Numbered from the stretch's first letter, positions 34,400 to 46,085 are shown. The stretch: DNA of 64,000 bases from Spirochaetia bacterium (GCA_963666985.2 CAXXIA010000002.1:960001-1024000); one strand, 5' to 3'. The notes: generated by a model from the letters alone, not told the origin. Numbers and translations: made by a program.

Positions 34400-34459
34400 A
34401 ATCAATTTCACTTCCGCTTCGTTTCGACCGAAAATTTGAATCGTAAGGGGATGAACTTC

Positions 34460-35167
34460 ATGAGGAGAAATCTGTACCGAATCACCAATATTGTTCTGTT
34501 CGGCGCTCTATCGGCGGCATCGACCTTATGCGCCACGTTTGATACGGACCTCCATCACCGGATTCTCAATACTTTCGAACCCTCCGAACCGTATCTCACT
34601 CGGGATACGATTATGCTCAGCTACACCGGTACCGGCGGAACCCAAGTCGTTTCCCTGGCGATGGAACATGAAAATTACAGAGCTTTCCACACATACAAAA
34701 AAAACGAACACGGCGTTTTCATACTGACCATTCCCATACCGAAAGACAGAGATGAACTGAGATACCGACTCGTCGTGGACGGACTCTGGACGGTCGATCC
34801 GAACGCCCCTTCGGAAATCGACGGCAGAGGTGTGGCGGTATCATGCATTATGCTTCCCTCTCGCTCCACAACACCCGCTCCCGGCGTAACGCATCTTGAC
34901 GACGGCAGAACCATGTTTACCTACTACGGCACTCCGGGATCCCGCGTTTCACTCATCGGAGACTTCAACCGATGGGATCCGTTTTTAACTCCCATGGAAG
35001 AATCACCGGTTCATCCGGGAGTATACAGCGCGACCCTCCGGCTGCCGCGAGCGGCACGCCACTACAGGTATGTTATCGACGGCTCGGAAACGGCCGATCC
35101 GAAAAATCCCCTGGAAGCCGCGAACGGATGGGGAGAAGTCTCCTCCATCGTGCCTCAAAGGCTTTAG
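34460..35167 (+). CDS. Glycogen-binding (tandem CBM48/AMPK-beta-like) protein
   Basis: YRLVVDGLWTVDP, VSLIGDFNRWDP and YRYVIDG...DPKNP; start uncertain. Confidence 0.8.
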   Translation: MRRNLYRITNIVLFGALSAASTLCATFDTDLHHRILNTFEPSEPYLTRDTIMLSYTGTGGTQVVSLAMEHENYRAFHTYKKNEHGVFILTIPIPKDRDELRYRLVVDGLWTVDPNAPSEIDGRGVAVSCIMLPSRSTTPAPGVTHLDDGRTMFTYYGTPGSRVSLIGDFNRWDPFLTPMEESPVHPGVYSATLRLPRAARHYRYVIDGSETADPKNPLEAANGWGEVSSIVPQRL

Positions 35168-35292
35168 CGGACTGTTGAAAATCCGCCGGCGGCTCCGGAA
35201 AAACGGAGAGATTCACCAAGACTCTTCGGCGAAGAACAATGATGTGACAACCGTCACTTCCAACGACCCGAGAATTGCACCACAATAGTCGT

Positions 35293-36180
35293 GTGACAGT
35301 AGCCGACTTCAAACAGCAGATCATCAGCATGGGCGACAACCTGAAAGGGAACTACGCCTTCACACCGGACAACGTTTTCCAGGAAGGCTGTCCGACGAAT
35401 AAAGAAATCATCGGACGAATCGTTGAAGCCCTGATGCTCCCCGGCAGCAGAATCGACAATATCGAATCACTCATCGAATTCCGCAGGCGCAGTCTGGAAG
35501 GCCAATCCTGTCTGCTCCTGGTCGAGCATTACAGCAATTTTGATTTTCCGGCTTTTTACAGACTTATGGAGAACACCCCCCGGCTCGGCCCCGAGGCCGC
35601 GGCGGCCCTTCTTCCCATTCGCGGCATGAAACTCAGCGAGGCCACGCCCGTTACGGCGGCATTCGTCCGCTCCTACGATACCATCGTTATTTATCCGAGC
35701 CGCTCACTGGATGCCATTAAAAATCCGGAAGAACTCGAGAAAACACGCCGCATCAGCGTTCCCATCAATCATGCGGCGATGAAAGAGATGATCACGAGGA
35801 AGCACAGCGGACGCATCATTACGGTTTTTCCCGCGGGAACCCGCTACCGCCCGTGGGATCCCGATTCACGAAAAGGAGTGAGGGAAATCCATTCCTACGT
35901 TAAAACCTTCGACAACGTGATGTTCATGGCGATCAACGGCAACATCCTTCCTCCGCATGAATCCGACGACATGGCGAAAGATTCGCCCACTAAAGATCTT
36001 CTCATCTTCACCTGTTCGCGAATCGTCGGCGGGAAACAATTCCGCAAGGAATCCGAATTATCGTCTCCGGAAGGCATAGACCCGAAACAGCACGTCGTGA
36101 ACCGAGTGATGGAAGAATTAAGGAAACTCCACGATAGTGTGGAAGTCGAACGCCTGAAGGAACTTAAGGCGCTCGATTAA
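35293..36180 (+). CDS. Glycerolipid acyltransferase (PlsC-like)
   Basis: HYSNFD (HX4D) and FPAGTR motifs; start uncertain. Confidence 0.85.
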   Translation: MTVADFKQQIISMGDNLKGNYAFTPDNVFQEGCPTNKEIIGRIVEALMLPGSRIDNIESLIEFRRRSLEGQSCLLLVEHYSNFDFPAFYRLMENTPRLGPEAAAALLPIRGMKLSEATPVTAAFVRSYDTIVIYPSRSLDAIKNPEELEKTRRISVPINHAAMKEMITRKHSGRIITVFPAGTRYRPWDPDSRKGVREIHSYVKTFDNVMFMAINGNILPPHESDDMAKDSPTKDLLIFTCSRIVGGKQFRKESELSSPEGIDPKQHVVNRVMEELRKLHDSVEVERLKELKALD

Positions 36181-37127
36181 TCGCTCCCGGCTTCTTTCCG
36201 CCAAAAAACCGCGACCCGTTCGAATCCCTTCCTCTCCAAGAAACCGGCAAGGAGTTCATCACCGCCGGTCCTGAAGCTTAGCGAACGGGCTCCCCTTTGG
36301 AGTACCTCTTCGAACGCACTCTCGGTAAGCTTGCGGCCGATGCCCAGTCCCCTGTATCCCGGCCTGACGCAAACTTGTAAAAGACGGCCGTCCGCATCGG
36401 CTCCGTTTTCCGAGACTGTAAACCAGGAGAAACCGACGATGTCTCCGGAGGGAGACTCGGCCACACAAAGATCTTCCGGCAAAGGCGCCTCGGCCGAACC
36501 TTCCGCGGAGGCGGACGCCGACGATTCCTCAGCCGTACCCGCCCGGCCGCGAAATGAAAACCGTATCCGCTCCTCGGGCGTCAGACCGGGAACGGACTCT
36601 CTCTCGGCGTCTGTTATCCAGGCACAAACAGCATCAAGATCATCCGTTCGTCCCGGCCGGAAAACAAAATCGGTCAAAGTCAACTCTTCCCAATCCTCGG
36701 GTTCCGCTTCCAAAGACTCCAGCGCAAGAGCTTCCGACCACCTGGAGAGCCAGGCAAGAGCAATACGGCGCATTTCCCGCTTTTTGAACCGAAACCAAAG
36801 AGACTCAATTTCGGGCCTCTCCTTTAAAGCATCCTTAAAACGGCGAAAAACTCCCGAACCGGAATGAAGAATGTGCTGAAGGCGGGAACGATAAACCTCA
36901 TCCGAGAGAGTCCCGACGAATCCGTCCATCAGCCGAAATCCTTCCGTCGGCCCCCAGGGGGGCATTGGAATAAAACCGGCCGGCGCCAAACCGCTTCCTT
37001 CGATGGTTTTTACAGCACCGTCGGCGGGATTAAGAAAGAGCCGTTCCTTCTGATTTTCCATTCCGTAGACCACGCGATCCAGGATTTCTTCGGTTATCTC
37101 AAGCCTTTTTTCGCTCATCCTCATCAT
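36177..37127 (-). CDS. UPF0158 domain fused to GNAT acetyltransferase
   Basis: GFRLMDGFV...GSGVFRRFKDAL (UPF0158); VRPGYRGLGIG acetyl-CoA motif; start uncertain. Confidence 0.8.
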   Translation of the reverse strand: MMRMSEKRLEITEEILDRVVYGMENQKERLFLNPADGAVKTIEGSGLAPAGFIPMPPWGPTEGFRLMDGFVGTLSDEVYRSRLQHILHSGSGVFRRFKDALKERPEIESLWFRFKKREMRRIALAWLSRWSEALALESLEAEPEDWEELTLTDFVFRPGRTDDLDAVCAWITDAERESVPGLTPEERIRFSFRGRAGTAEESSASASAEGSAEAPLPEDLCVAESPSGDIVGFSWFTVSENGADADGRLLQVCVRPGYRGLGIGRKLTESAFEEVLQRGARSLSFRTGGDELLAGFLERKGFERVAVFWRKEAGSD

Positions 37128-37281
37128 ACTATCTCGGATTCGGTCTCCGCGACAGATGAAATGGGAAACAGAACGTTCGGCATCAAGAATTACCGCATGA
37201 GCGGAATCGGAAACCCCACCTTGACCCGCCACCCCTTAAAGGCCGATATTTAACATCGAATCACCCACATTAGGAGAATAA

Positions 37282-38592
<1,311 letters not shown>

Positions 38593-38720
38593 TCCTCTTC
38601 GGCAATCACGAGGAAGCCGGGCGCGGATACGCGGGGATAGAGATCTTCGGCACGTCAATTCGTGATAAGGATTTATCGGCGCCGCACTTCTTGCGTGAAA
38701 GTTCGCGTTAAGGAATTATC

Positions 38721-38758
38721 GGGGCTGTCTCATAAGTTTTGAGACAGCCCCTTTTTTT
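38721..38758 (+). terminator. Intrinsic terminator after eno
   Basis: GGGGCTGTCTCA-N7-TGAGACAGCCCC followed by T7. Confidence 0.8.
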
Positions 38759-39035
38759 CGCCGGATTTTTTTAGCGTCCCCGCCCGCCCCCGCAAAGGAG
38801 ACAAGCGGCGGGAAATGTCGGTTCCGGCACGGTCCGGCAATACGAGGTTCGTGCCGGCGAAGATCATCGATGAACAACAGAATTTCCCAACATCTGTTTC
38901 TTTTCCGTACGGAATCCCCGCCGACATTCAGCCAAAGTTCTCCGTCATCCGAATATAAAAAACCATTTCAAATGAATATACTTTCTTTTAGATTGTATGG
39001 ATCATGAAATCCATGATTGGGTGAGGGAGATTCCT

Positions 39036-39500
39036 ATGAAAAAAGGCTTGTTCCTGTTCTTTGCATGTTGCCTGCCGTATTTTTTGCCCGCGGAAAGCAT
39101 CAACGATTCCGACGCGATCAACAGCGGAGGGAACGTCTATATCGCCGACGCCAATGCTTATGAAAACGGGCAAGGATTCAACATCGTCATCGCGTTAACC
39201 AACACGTCGGAAGATGAGTTTAATTACCTCCTCGAAGGCACCGACAACAAGGATTCCTACACCCTTGTTGAAAGCCGTTTCGAAGGCGATCATGGTTTGC
39301 TGATATTCCATCTTCAAGATCTGTCCCGACTCCGGGATTTGAATCATGACATAGGAAATCTTGAAGTCCTCTACGATGGAGAGGCTGAAAATGAACGGGC
39401 TTTTCAGCTTCGGCGCTATGTTTACCAATTCGACTTCGCCAAGGAAACCGGTTCCGGCGAACAGACGCCCGAAAACATCGAAGGCGAGGTGATTCAATGA
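39036..39500 (+). CDS. Hypothetical secreted acidic protein
   Basis: GAGGGAG RBS, MKK signal peptide; ATGA-coupled to the next gene. Confidence 0.7.
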   Translation: MKKGLFLFFACCLPYFLPAESINDSDAINSGGNVYIADANAYENGQGFNIVIALTNTSEDEFNYLLEGTDNKDSYTLVESRFEGDHGLLIFHLQDLSRLRDLNHDIGNLEVLYDGEAENERAFQLRRYVYQFDFAKETGSGEQTPENIEGEVIQ

Positions 39501-40405
39501 TCCGAAAAAATATTCCTTTCATGCTCCTTCCACTTTTCGCATCCGCTGTTTTCTTCTCCTGCAGTTCGCTGCCTCCTCAAGGTATTCCGGCGGAAGAATT
39601 CGGGATGTATCAAATCGCGGGGAACGATGATTCCCGGCCCGAAAAGAGAACGCTCGCGGATGCCGAAATCTCGGAATCGAACGGCGATGATATCCGATGG
39701 ACAAGCGTGAGCAACGCCACGTTCGTGTATCACGGCATTTCGATGGATGACTTCACGTCTCTCTGCGCGGCGGTGGACCTAGCCTGTTCGGAGAATAAAG
39801 ACGATATCTTCGCTCAGTTTTTTTCTCGGGAGCCGTCATCCGAGACGAAATTCGGAGCGATACCGGCGAACGAGGACTTCAAGACCTATTACGACGAAGA
39901 GAAGGCATTGGGCTGCCAGCAGCTTCTTTCGAGGGCGGGAGCCGAGGCTTTCGGAGATGCGGATCTTCGTTCGAACCTGGACGAAATGAATCTGTCGGTT
40001 GAATCCTTGCCGCAATTGTTCTTCGCCGCGAATGCGTCCCGCGAAGAGAACGAACCTTTTTCATTGAGCGGCTACTATATCAAGCTCGAATACCGGGGGC
40101 ATAACCGGGATCTCATTCGTTCGTCGTACGGCAGCATTCGTATCGCGATCAAGCTGGATGCGCGTACGCCCGTCGACGTCGGCGGATTTAAAGCGACGAC
40201 AAGCGGGACCGGCAGCTTCTATTTTTCCGGTGAACCCAGCCTTTCCCGAATTATCGACGGCATCGTCTTGATCGTTGATGAGAACGGGAATAAGGTTGAG
40301 GTCCGGGAAAAACCGGAGACCGGAAAGTGGTGCGTCCACGTTGCGGGGCGAAAGGACAATGCGCCGTATGAGTTCGATTTCGAGATCGACGCCTTGAACA
40401 AGTAA
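39497..40405 (+). CDS. Hypothetical lipoprotein
   Basis: Lipobox FFSC; 302 aa; no family recognised. Confidence 0.7.
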   Translation: MIRKNIPFMLLPLFASAVFFSCSSLPPQGIPAEEFGMYQIAGNDDSRPEKRTLADAEISESNGDDIRWTSVSNATFVYHGISMDDFTSLCAAVDLACSENKDDIFAQFFSREPSSETKFGAIPANEDFKTYYDEEKALGCQQLLSRAGAEAFGDADLRSNLDEMNLSVESLPQLFFAANASREENEPFSLSGYYIKLEYRGHNRDLIRSSYGSIRIAIKLDARTPVDVGGFKATTSGTGSFYFSGEPSLSRIIDGIVLIVDENGNKVEVREKPETGKWCVHVAGRKDNAPYEFDFEIDALNK

Positions 40406-40775
40406 TGCCCGAAGCTCCGGGGCACGAGGTTCCGGTCGGGCCTAAGGGGCGGCCGGGATCGGCGGGCATCACCTCCGTCTCGACGGCGGGACGGCCTCGG
40501 GCGGGGTGCGGGAGTTCTCCTTACCGAAAGGAGACGAATTCAAATCGTATGGAAGGTTTCCGGAAACGGCTTCCCGGAACCGTTTCCAACATGGTATTGT
40601 ACACGCATAATATCTGGAAATTTGAAATACAAAAAGTCTATATTACAACTCTGAAAAAACGATAGGGGCTTCGAGTTCGATGAGTAGGATTTTCCTTGGG
40701 ATTCGTTCCGCCGTAAGCATGGCCGGGCGGGAGTTGAGTAATTCTGTGTTTCTCTTAATGAGAAAGGAGGGCCAT

Positions 40776-41951
40776 ATGAGGGTATGGATTTTAAGTTTTT
40801 CTTTGTTCGCCGCCGTTACCGTTTCGTCGTTCGGACAGTCGGCCGCATCCAGCTGCCGGTTGTATTTGACGCTTTCGGATCTGAATCAGAAATACGATGT
40901 GATGCAGGAAATCCTCTCGTTCGACGATCAAACCCTTGAATCGTTCATGGCGGATTCCTTGGACGAACTGGTAACCGGGGCCTTGAGTCACTACAGGTCC
41001 GACCCGGCGGCTTACGATACTTGGGAAAAATTGACATTGAGCATCATCAGGGAACTGGGGGATCTTGAAGGACGCAGCGCCGCCGCGACGGTTTGGGATG
41101 TGGCCAGAACGGTCGATTCTTCCCTCCTGAAGGCCGATTCATACATCGCTTTGGGCAACATGGGCGCCACCGAATACGCTTCGGGCATCGCCCTGGTACT
41201 TCGCAATCTGAATTTCAACACCCGAAGCGATGCGGTCGGAGCCGAGGCGGAAGCTTACGCCGCCGTTTACGCTCTGGGAAAAATGAAAGAAGCCGTGGGT
41301 ATCGAACCCCTGGTGTACGCCTCTTTCGGGTGGTACCGCGACAAAGTGAAGTCTTTGGCCAGAGCTTCCGTCCTTTCGTTCTCCGACGGACTGGAAGAGC
41401 AGATGAGCCGGATAATATCCGATGCGACGGATTCCGGCGACAAGCGGAGAATCCTGACTCTTATGATGGATACCGAAGCTTCCGCCGAGAGCAAAGGTTC
41501 CGTTGCGGTAACGGCGCTTTCCGAAGGCTTGGCATACGCCGAATCGGATAAGTCCTTGAATCGGGAATTGGCCAACCTTCGTCAGGACGCCATCCGCGAT
41601 TTGATCGCATTAAAGGTAAGCGCCCCGAATTCTCCGGACCTGCTCGATAAAGCCATCGACAGAGGCGATCAGGACGAAAAACTGATCGCCATACAAGCTC
41701 TGGGCGCCGACGGAGGAGACGCAGCCGCGGGGGTGCTCGTTCGAAGACTCAATGAAATCAACGCTCGGCAGGATGCCGGCGTGGCTGTCGATCAGGATGA
41801 ACTCGCCGTTCTTCATGCATTGATAGACGCATTGGGCGCATCCGGCAACAAAATGGGACTCGAACCCCTCAACAGCATGATGTATTACGGCTATACGAAC
41901 GCCGTGATCCGCCATTCCCGGCGTGCCATGGCTCAAATCCAGGGGCAATAA
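40776..41951 (+). CDS. Exported HEAT-repeat protein
   Basis: AGGAGG RBS, signal peptide, repeated A..ALG helical motifs. Confidence 0.8.
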   Translation: MRVWILSFSLFAAVTVSSFGQSAASSCRLYLTLSDLNQKYDVMQEILSFDDQTLESFMADSLDELVTGALSHYRSDPAAYDTWEKLTLSIIRELGDLEGRSAAATVWDVARTVDSSLLKADSYIALGNMGATEYASGIALVLRNLNFNTRSDAVGAEAEAYAAVYALGKMKEAVGIEPLVYASFGWYRDKVKSLARASVLSFSDGLEEQMSRIISDATDSGDKRRILTLMMDTEASAESKGSVAVTALSEGLAYAESDKSLNRELANLRQDAIRDLIALKVSAPNSPDLLDKAIDRGDQDEKLIAIQALGADGGDAAAGVLVRRLNEINARQDAGVAVDQDELAVLHALIDALGASGNKMGLEPLNSMMYYGYTNAVIRHSRRAMAQIQGQ

Positions 41952-42157
41952 CAAGGAAGCACCTATTTTGCCAAGGTGATAAGGGGACCGTTCTTCATGG
42001 TCTTAAGACGGCAAGAATGAAGCCTGTTGGAACGGATTCCCTACCACCCCTCCGGGGACCGGGCCCGTTTGATCGGCCGAGCACGGCGCAGGTTCGGTAA
42101 TGGCCGGAGACCATTAGGCCATTACCGGCAGTCACCGTTTTTTATGCTCGCCCGCAA

Positions 42158-42763
42158 TCAGAACCCGAATTCGGAATGAACTTTACCCATCACTTGCTTC
42201 ACCGCTTCATCAATGCCGAGAGATGAAACGTCCAGAGTCATGGTGTAATGGTTCTCTCTGCCCCAGCCGCGGTCAAAACTTCTGTAATAATTTCTGCGTC
42301 TTCTGTCGGTTTTCTTCAATAGCTTCTTAACCGCCTGTTCGGACACGCCAAGCTCACGGGCAAGACCGGTCCGTCTGTGTGTTTCGGAAGCGTGCAGGAA
42401 AACATGCAGCCGATCCGCTCCGTCTCCTTCAAAAGCGATACGGGCGTTCTTATCGACAAAGATGCAGGAGCTCTCTTCTCCGAGCTGTTTTTCGGCCGCG
42501 ATGACGGCCGCGGCGAGCTTCTTATCGGAAGGCAGCTTGATGCCCGCTTCATCTTCCGCCAGAAGATCGTATGCGGCATAAACAAAGTGCTCGTCATATT
42601 TTTTAAAAAGCCTGAGCGGAATCTTGCTGATTTCCGCCGCACGCTCATAGATGTTGCTGCCGTGACAGGGGATTTTCAGCGTTTTCGCCAGAATATCCGC
42701 GATTTCCTTACCGCCGCTGCAGGTTTCCTGCGATATCGTAATAATAAGATTTTCTTTTTTCAT
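42158..42763 (-). CDS. Cytidylate kinase-like family protein
   Basis: IITISQETCSGGKEIA (degenerate P-loop), DRRRRNYY...W...Y..TLD. Confidence 0.85.
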   Translation of the reverse strand: MKKENLIITISQETCSGGKEIADILAKTLKIPCHGSNIYERAAEISKIPLRLFKKYDEHFVYAAYDLLAEDEAGIKLPSDKKLAAAVIAAEKQLGEESSCIFVDKNARIAFEGDGADRLHVFLHASETHRRTGLARELGVSEQAVKKLLKKTDRRRRNYYRSFDRGWGRENHYTMTLDVSSLGIDEAVKQVMGKVHSEFGF

Positions 42764-44139
42764 GATGCTCTTCTCCCTTTCTGTCCGCCTTCTTTCACTG
42801 CGTCTTGTTCCGAGTTTTCTGATTTACCGCTTCTTTTTCCGATACAATGCGCAACTTTACCCATTCCGCCCTCAAGCAGAAGATACGAGACCACCCCCAC
42901 AACCAAAGCCCAGTTGAGACCGGCCAGATATACGGTAGCGCCGGTCATTCCGGCCGTTCCCGCCGCGATCCTGTCCGATTTAACCTGTTCCACCGCGATA
43001 TAGGAGCAGGCAAAACCCTGCACGACCAATGTAATCGCAAGCGCGACGGGAAGGATCGGGGAGAGCAGGCTGGCGGCGGGCATCAGCAGAACACAGACGG
43101 CCGTCGAAAGCTTGAACGCACCGACTCCGCCGTAAAAGCTCTTCATCGTCTCCCTGCCCTCTTTGTAGCGCTCACCGACCGATACCGTCACCGCGGCCCA
43201 TAAAGGCCCCGCCAGCGCGGTAAAGGGCGAAAACAGCGACAGGATAAGATTCCGTACGCCTGTGATGATATTGGTCCTGTTCGCGTTGAATTCAAGCGGC
43301 TCATCGGGGCGTGCCTGTCTGCAATCGTCCAAAACGCTCTCGGCCGTTATAATCTCCCCGAAGGCAATGATATAAACGGCAAGGGCCGTCGGGACGGCTT
43401 TCAGAATCAGGCTCATTGACGGAAACCCGATGGAAAACACACTGGCAGTTTTGAACAGTTCCCCGAAACTGAAAGGAATAAATCCCCATTTCAGCGTCGG
43501 AAGCGGCAGCTCACCCGATACGAAACCCGCGGCCATGGCCACGATCAAACTGGGCAGCATTCCATATTTACCGATTTCGTTGAACAGCCGCCGTTTGTCC
43601 TTAATGTTCTTGAAGCCGACCGAAAACAGAACGAAAAGCGCCACAACGGTACCCGAGGCTACCGATATCGGATATTGAGACAAGTATCCGCCGCCGCCGA
43701 AAACTCTTCCCAGCGCCGCGATTCCCGCGCCCAGCAGGATTCCCGCTTTCAGCGAAGGCGGTACGCAGGCAATCAGTTTGTGCGCGAGTCCCGTAATGCC
43801 CAGCACGAGAAAAATAACCGACACGCTCAGCTGAAGAGCAATGAGCGCATGGATAGATTCCAAACCGACCGTGAAGCCGCCCAGATAAACCAGCACCAAA
43901 GACAATGCCGAAGCGATCCATCCGGGAACTACGGGATCGCCGAAGAAGACGTGCAGAAGTCCCAGCGCCTCGGCTATCGCCACCGACGTCAGAGCCGCTT
44001 CGTATGAAAGCCCCAGCGTTTCCTGAAGTACCGGCACCGCCGAAAGTCCGACGGCGATCATCAAGACACCCTGTAAAATCTCGGGCAGCTCCGGTTTGTA
44101 GTGGACAAACGGCAGCATGATCTTTAATTTCGTTTTCAA
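42760..44139 (-). CDS. Multi-pass membrane transporter (nucleobase permease-like)
   Basis: About 13 TM segments; GDPVVPGWI, YIIAFGE, LAGPLWAA; TTG start after GGAGGG. Confidence 0.7.
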   Translation of the reverse strand: MKTKLKIMLPFVHYKPELPEILQGVLMIAVGLSAVPVLQETLGLSYEAALTSVAIAEALGLLHVFFGDPVVPGWIASALSLVLVYLGGFTVGLESIHALIALQLSVSVIFLVLGITGLAHKLIACVPPSLKAGILLGAGIAALGRVFGGGGYLSQYPISVASGTVVALFVLFSVGFKNIKDKRRLFNEIGKYGMLPSLIVAMAAGFVSGELPLPTLKWGFIPFSFGELFKTASVFSIGFPSMSLILKAVPTALAVYIIAFGEIITAESVLDDCRQARPDEPLEFNANRTNIITGVRNLILSLFSPFTALAGPLWAAVTVSVGERYKEGRETMKSFYGGVGAFKLSTAVCVLLMPAASLLSPILPVALAITLVVQGFACSYIAVEQVKSDRIAAGTAGMTGATVYLAGLNWALVVGVVSYLLLEGGMGKVAHCIGKRSGKSENSEQDAVKEGGQKGRRAS

Positions 44140-44161
44140 CTTTTTCCCTCCGTTGGAAAAC

Positions 44162-44257
44162 AAAAAAAGCCGGCAATATGAGATTCCGCACAGCGGAGCA
44201 TCTCAAATCGGCCGGCTTCCATCCGGATCCGGGCAACTCTTTTTTAGCGCCCATCCG
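44162..44257 (-). promoter_or_regulatory. Intra-operon hairpin plus intrinsic terminator (attenuator 2)
   Basis: Hairpin 44224-44257, then long stem 44167-44218 ending in T7, directly upstream of the permease RBS. Confidence 0.7.
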
Positions 44258-44298
44258 AATAAAACAGCATTTTGTTCTATACTGAATTTTTTACTTTT

Positions 44299-44640
44299 TC
44301 AGGTTCGGTCGTTGTTGAGCAAATCCTCATATTTGGAATAGATCATTTTCAGCGATGTGATGATCGCTTTTTTGGCCTGTCCGAAATATGTGCGATTAAA
44401 ACGGTCGATCAGCGTATCCATGCCGTCGTTCAGATTGTAGCCGACCAACAGGTTGGATACGAAATCCTTCGCGACGTTCGTTACCGCCGAATACTCCGCC
44501 TTAACGATGGTTCCCATCTGCATGTCCACAAGAACAACGACGACCGCCGTATGATATATTTCTTCGGATGTAATGTTGGCCGGCAGTTTGGCATAGCCGG
44601 ATATCAACACAACCCCTTCTTTATGCGGCGTAATTTTCAC
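44299..44640 (-). CDS. DUF3870-family protein
   Basis: ISGYAKLP.NIT...Y, Y.G.AKKAII motifs from recall; start uncertain. Confidence 0.75.
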   Translation of the reverse strand: MKITPHKEGVVLISGYAKLPANITSEEIYHTAVVVVLVDMQMGTIVKAEYSAVTNVAKDFVSNLLVGYNLNDGMDTLIDRFNRTYFGQAKKAIITSLKMIYSKYEDLLNNDRT

Positions 44641-44668
44641 ATCTCCTTTCAAGAAGCCCCTCATAAAT

Positions 44669-44772
44669 AAAAAAAGGCAACAACCGTGTATCCACACTTA
44701 TAGTGTAGTTCGATACTCAGTTACTTGCCGAACCGGCGGAGATTGCGAATCGCTTTTGGCGTCCGCTCTCCG
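44669..44772 (-). promoter_or_regulatory. Leader hairpin plus intrinsic terminator (attenuator 1)
   Basis: Hairpin 44737-44772, then long stem 44676-44729 ending in T7, between promoter and first gene. Confidence 0.7.
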
Positions 44773-44802
44773 TAAGAAGCAATTTATTTACTCAAGACCG
44801 TA

Positions 44803-44856
44803 CTGATATGCATTGCATATCAGCTGCAATATAGTGACTCCAAATATAAAAAGCAA
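44803..44856 (-). promoter_or_regulatory. sigma70 promoter with perfect palindromic operator
   Basis: TTGCTT-N17-TATATT; CTGATATGCA-N-TGCATATCAG at 44803-44823, over the expected +1. Confidence 0.75.
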
Positions 44857-45018
44857 GCCTCCGCAGCCGTTCTCATATTGGGCGTCTCCCCGGCCATAGG
44901 TCGGGTACTTGTCGGAAACCTACGGTTTCCTGTGACGGGATTGTTCCTCGCTTTGCAGCGGTACGACCCAATATCTCGCACATGCATCCGGGCCGGGGCC
45001 GGGCTATTCGGGGGTACC

Positions 45019-45047
45019 GTCTCAACGGGTCACAGACCCGTTGAGAC
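45019..45047. other. Perfect 13-bp intergenic stem-loop
   Basis: GTCTCAACGGGTC-ACA-GACCCGTTGAGAC; no T-run. Confidence 0.5.
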
Positions 45048-45173
45048 CGCTTCGCGCCCCTACTATCCCTGACGCTTTTCTTCAATCGGAATTGCTGAAG
45101 CCGCCGTTCAATATCCAATTGTTCCGGCGTTCGAGTGCCGGGAGCCCCGGCCGGAACGGGATCTCCCTAGGTC

Positions 45174-46085
45174 TCAGATTAAAATTTTTCCCAAGTCGGT
45201 CACATCGTATCCGCCCAATCCGGCCACTTCGTCACGGAATCTTTTTGATTTCAGAATTTCCATAACACTGCGGTAATACGGCAGGTTTGAGTCTTTTTTC
45301 AGCATGACCAAATCATAGTTCTCCTGCTGAATGGGAATAAAATCAATTCCCGGAACCTGTAAGGCTGTTTTCTCATTTCCCAAAGCAACATAGTTCCGAT
45401 GTCGTGATACGGCGCTGGCGGCCTCCAGATGAGTCGTAACCTCTTCATCGTATCCCTTAACGGAACTGCAATCGATACCGTCAAGGCGTAAATGCTCATC
45501 CAAGAGAACACGCACACCGCTTCCCTTTTCACGGTTAATGAAAATCACATCCGAGCGTGCCAAATCCTTCCAGCTCTTTATTTTCAGAGGATTCCCTTCC
45601 TTCACATAGAATCCCTGCATCCGCTTTACCAGATGAATTACCGTAACCATCATTCCGGGAACCATTTTTCTGATATAAGGGATGTTGTAGGTTCCCGTAT
45701 CCCCGTCCCAGAGATGACAGGTGGCCGCCTGTACCGATCCGTTATAAAGAGCATACAGCCCGTTATAGCTCCCCTGATGTGAGCGAAAGGATCGAAATCC
45801 ATAAGGCGGAGATTCCATTTCCCGGGCCAGAATATCAAGGATAACATCCTGTCCGGAGATAACAAAACCGTCTTCGGAAGACAGACCATGATGAACACTC
45901 GTCTGGACTTTCCCCGAAAAGGAAGTCCCCTTTAAAGCATCAAGGGCACTCGCTTCTATACGGATTTTACGGCCCACTTTATAAGACGGCAGTTCTCCGC
46001 GTTTAATCATTTCATAAACGGTGTTTTTGGCGACTTTAAGTCTGTCCGCCACCTCCTGGGGGGTAAGGGAAGTATTATCACCCAT
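45174..46085 (-). CDS. Excisionase-like HTH + PBP-domain regulator (putative molybdate/tungstate-responsive)
   Basis: LTPQEVADRLKVAKNTVYEMIKRGEL (HTH_17); GSYNGLYAL, FINREKGSGVRVLLD, LGGYD (PBP_like). Confidence 0.9.
   Translation of the reverse strand: MGDNTSLTPQEVADRLKVAKNTVYEMIKRGELPSYKVGRKIRIEASALDALKGTSFSGKVQTSVHHGLSSEDGFVISGQDVILDILAREMESPPYGFRSFRSHQGSYNGLYALYNGSVQAATCHLWDGDTGTYNIPYIRKMVPGMMVTVIHLVKRMQGFYVKEGNPLKIKSWKDLARSDVIFINREKGSGVRVLLDEHLRLDGIDCSSVKGYDEEVTTHLEAASAVSRHRNYVALGNEKTALQVPGIDFIPIQQENYDLVMLKKDSNLPYYRSVMEILKSKRFRDEVAGLGGYDVTDLGKILI

Noticed and set aside
45174..46085. Prophage or ICE excisionase
   Set aside because: The HTH is fused to a PBP ligand domain and no integrase is nearby, so it is a regulator
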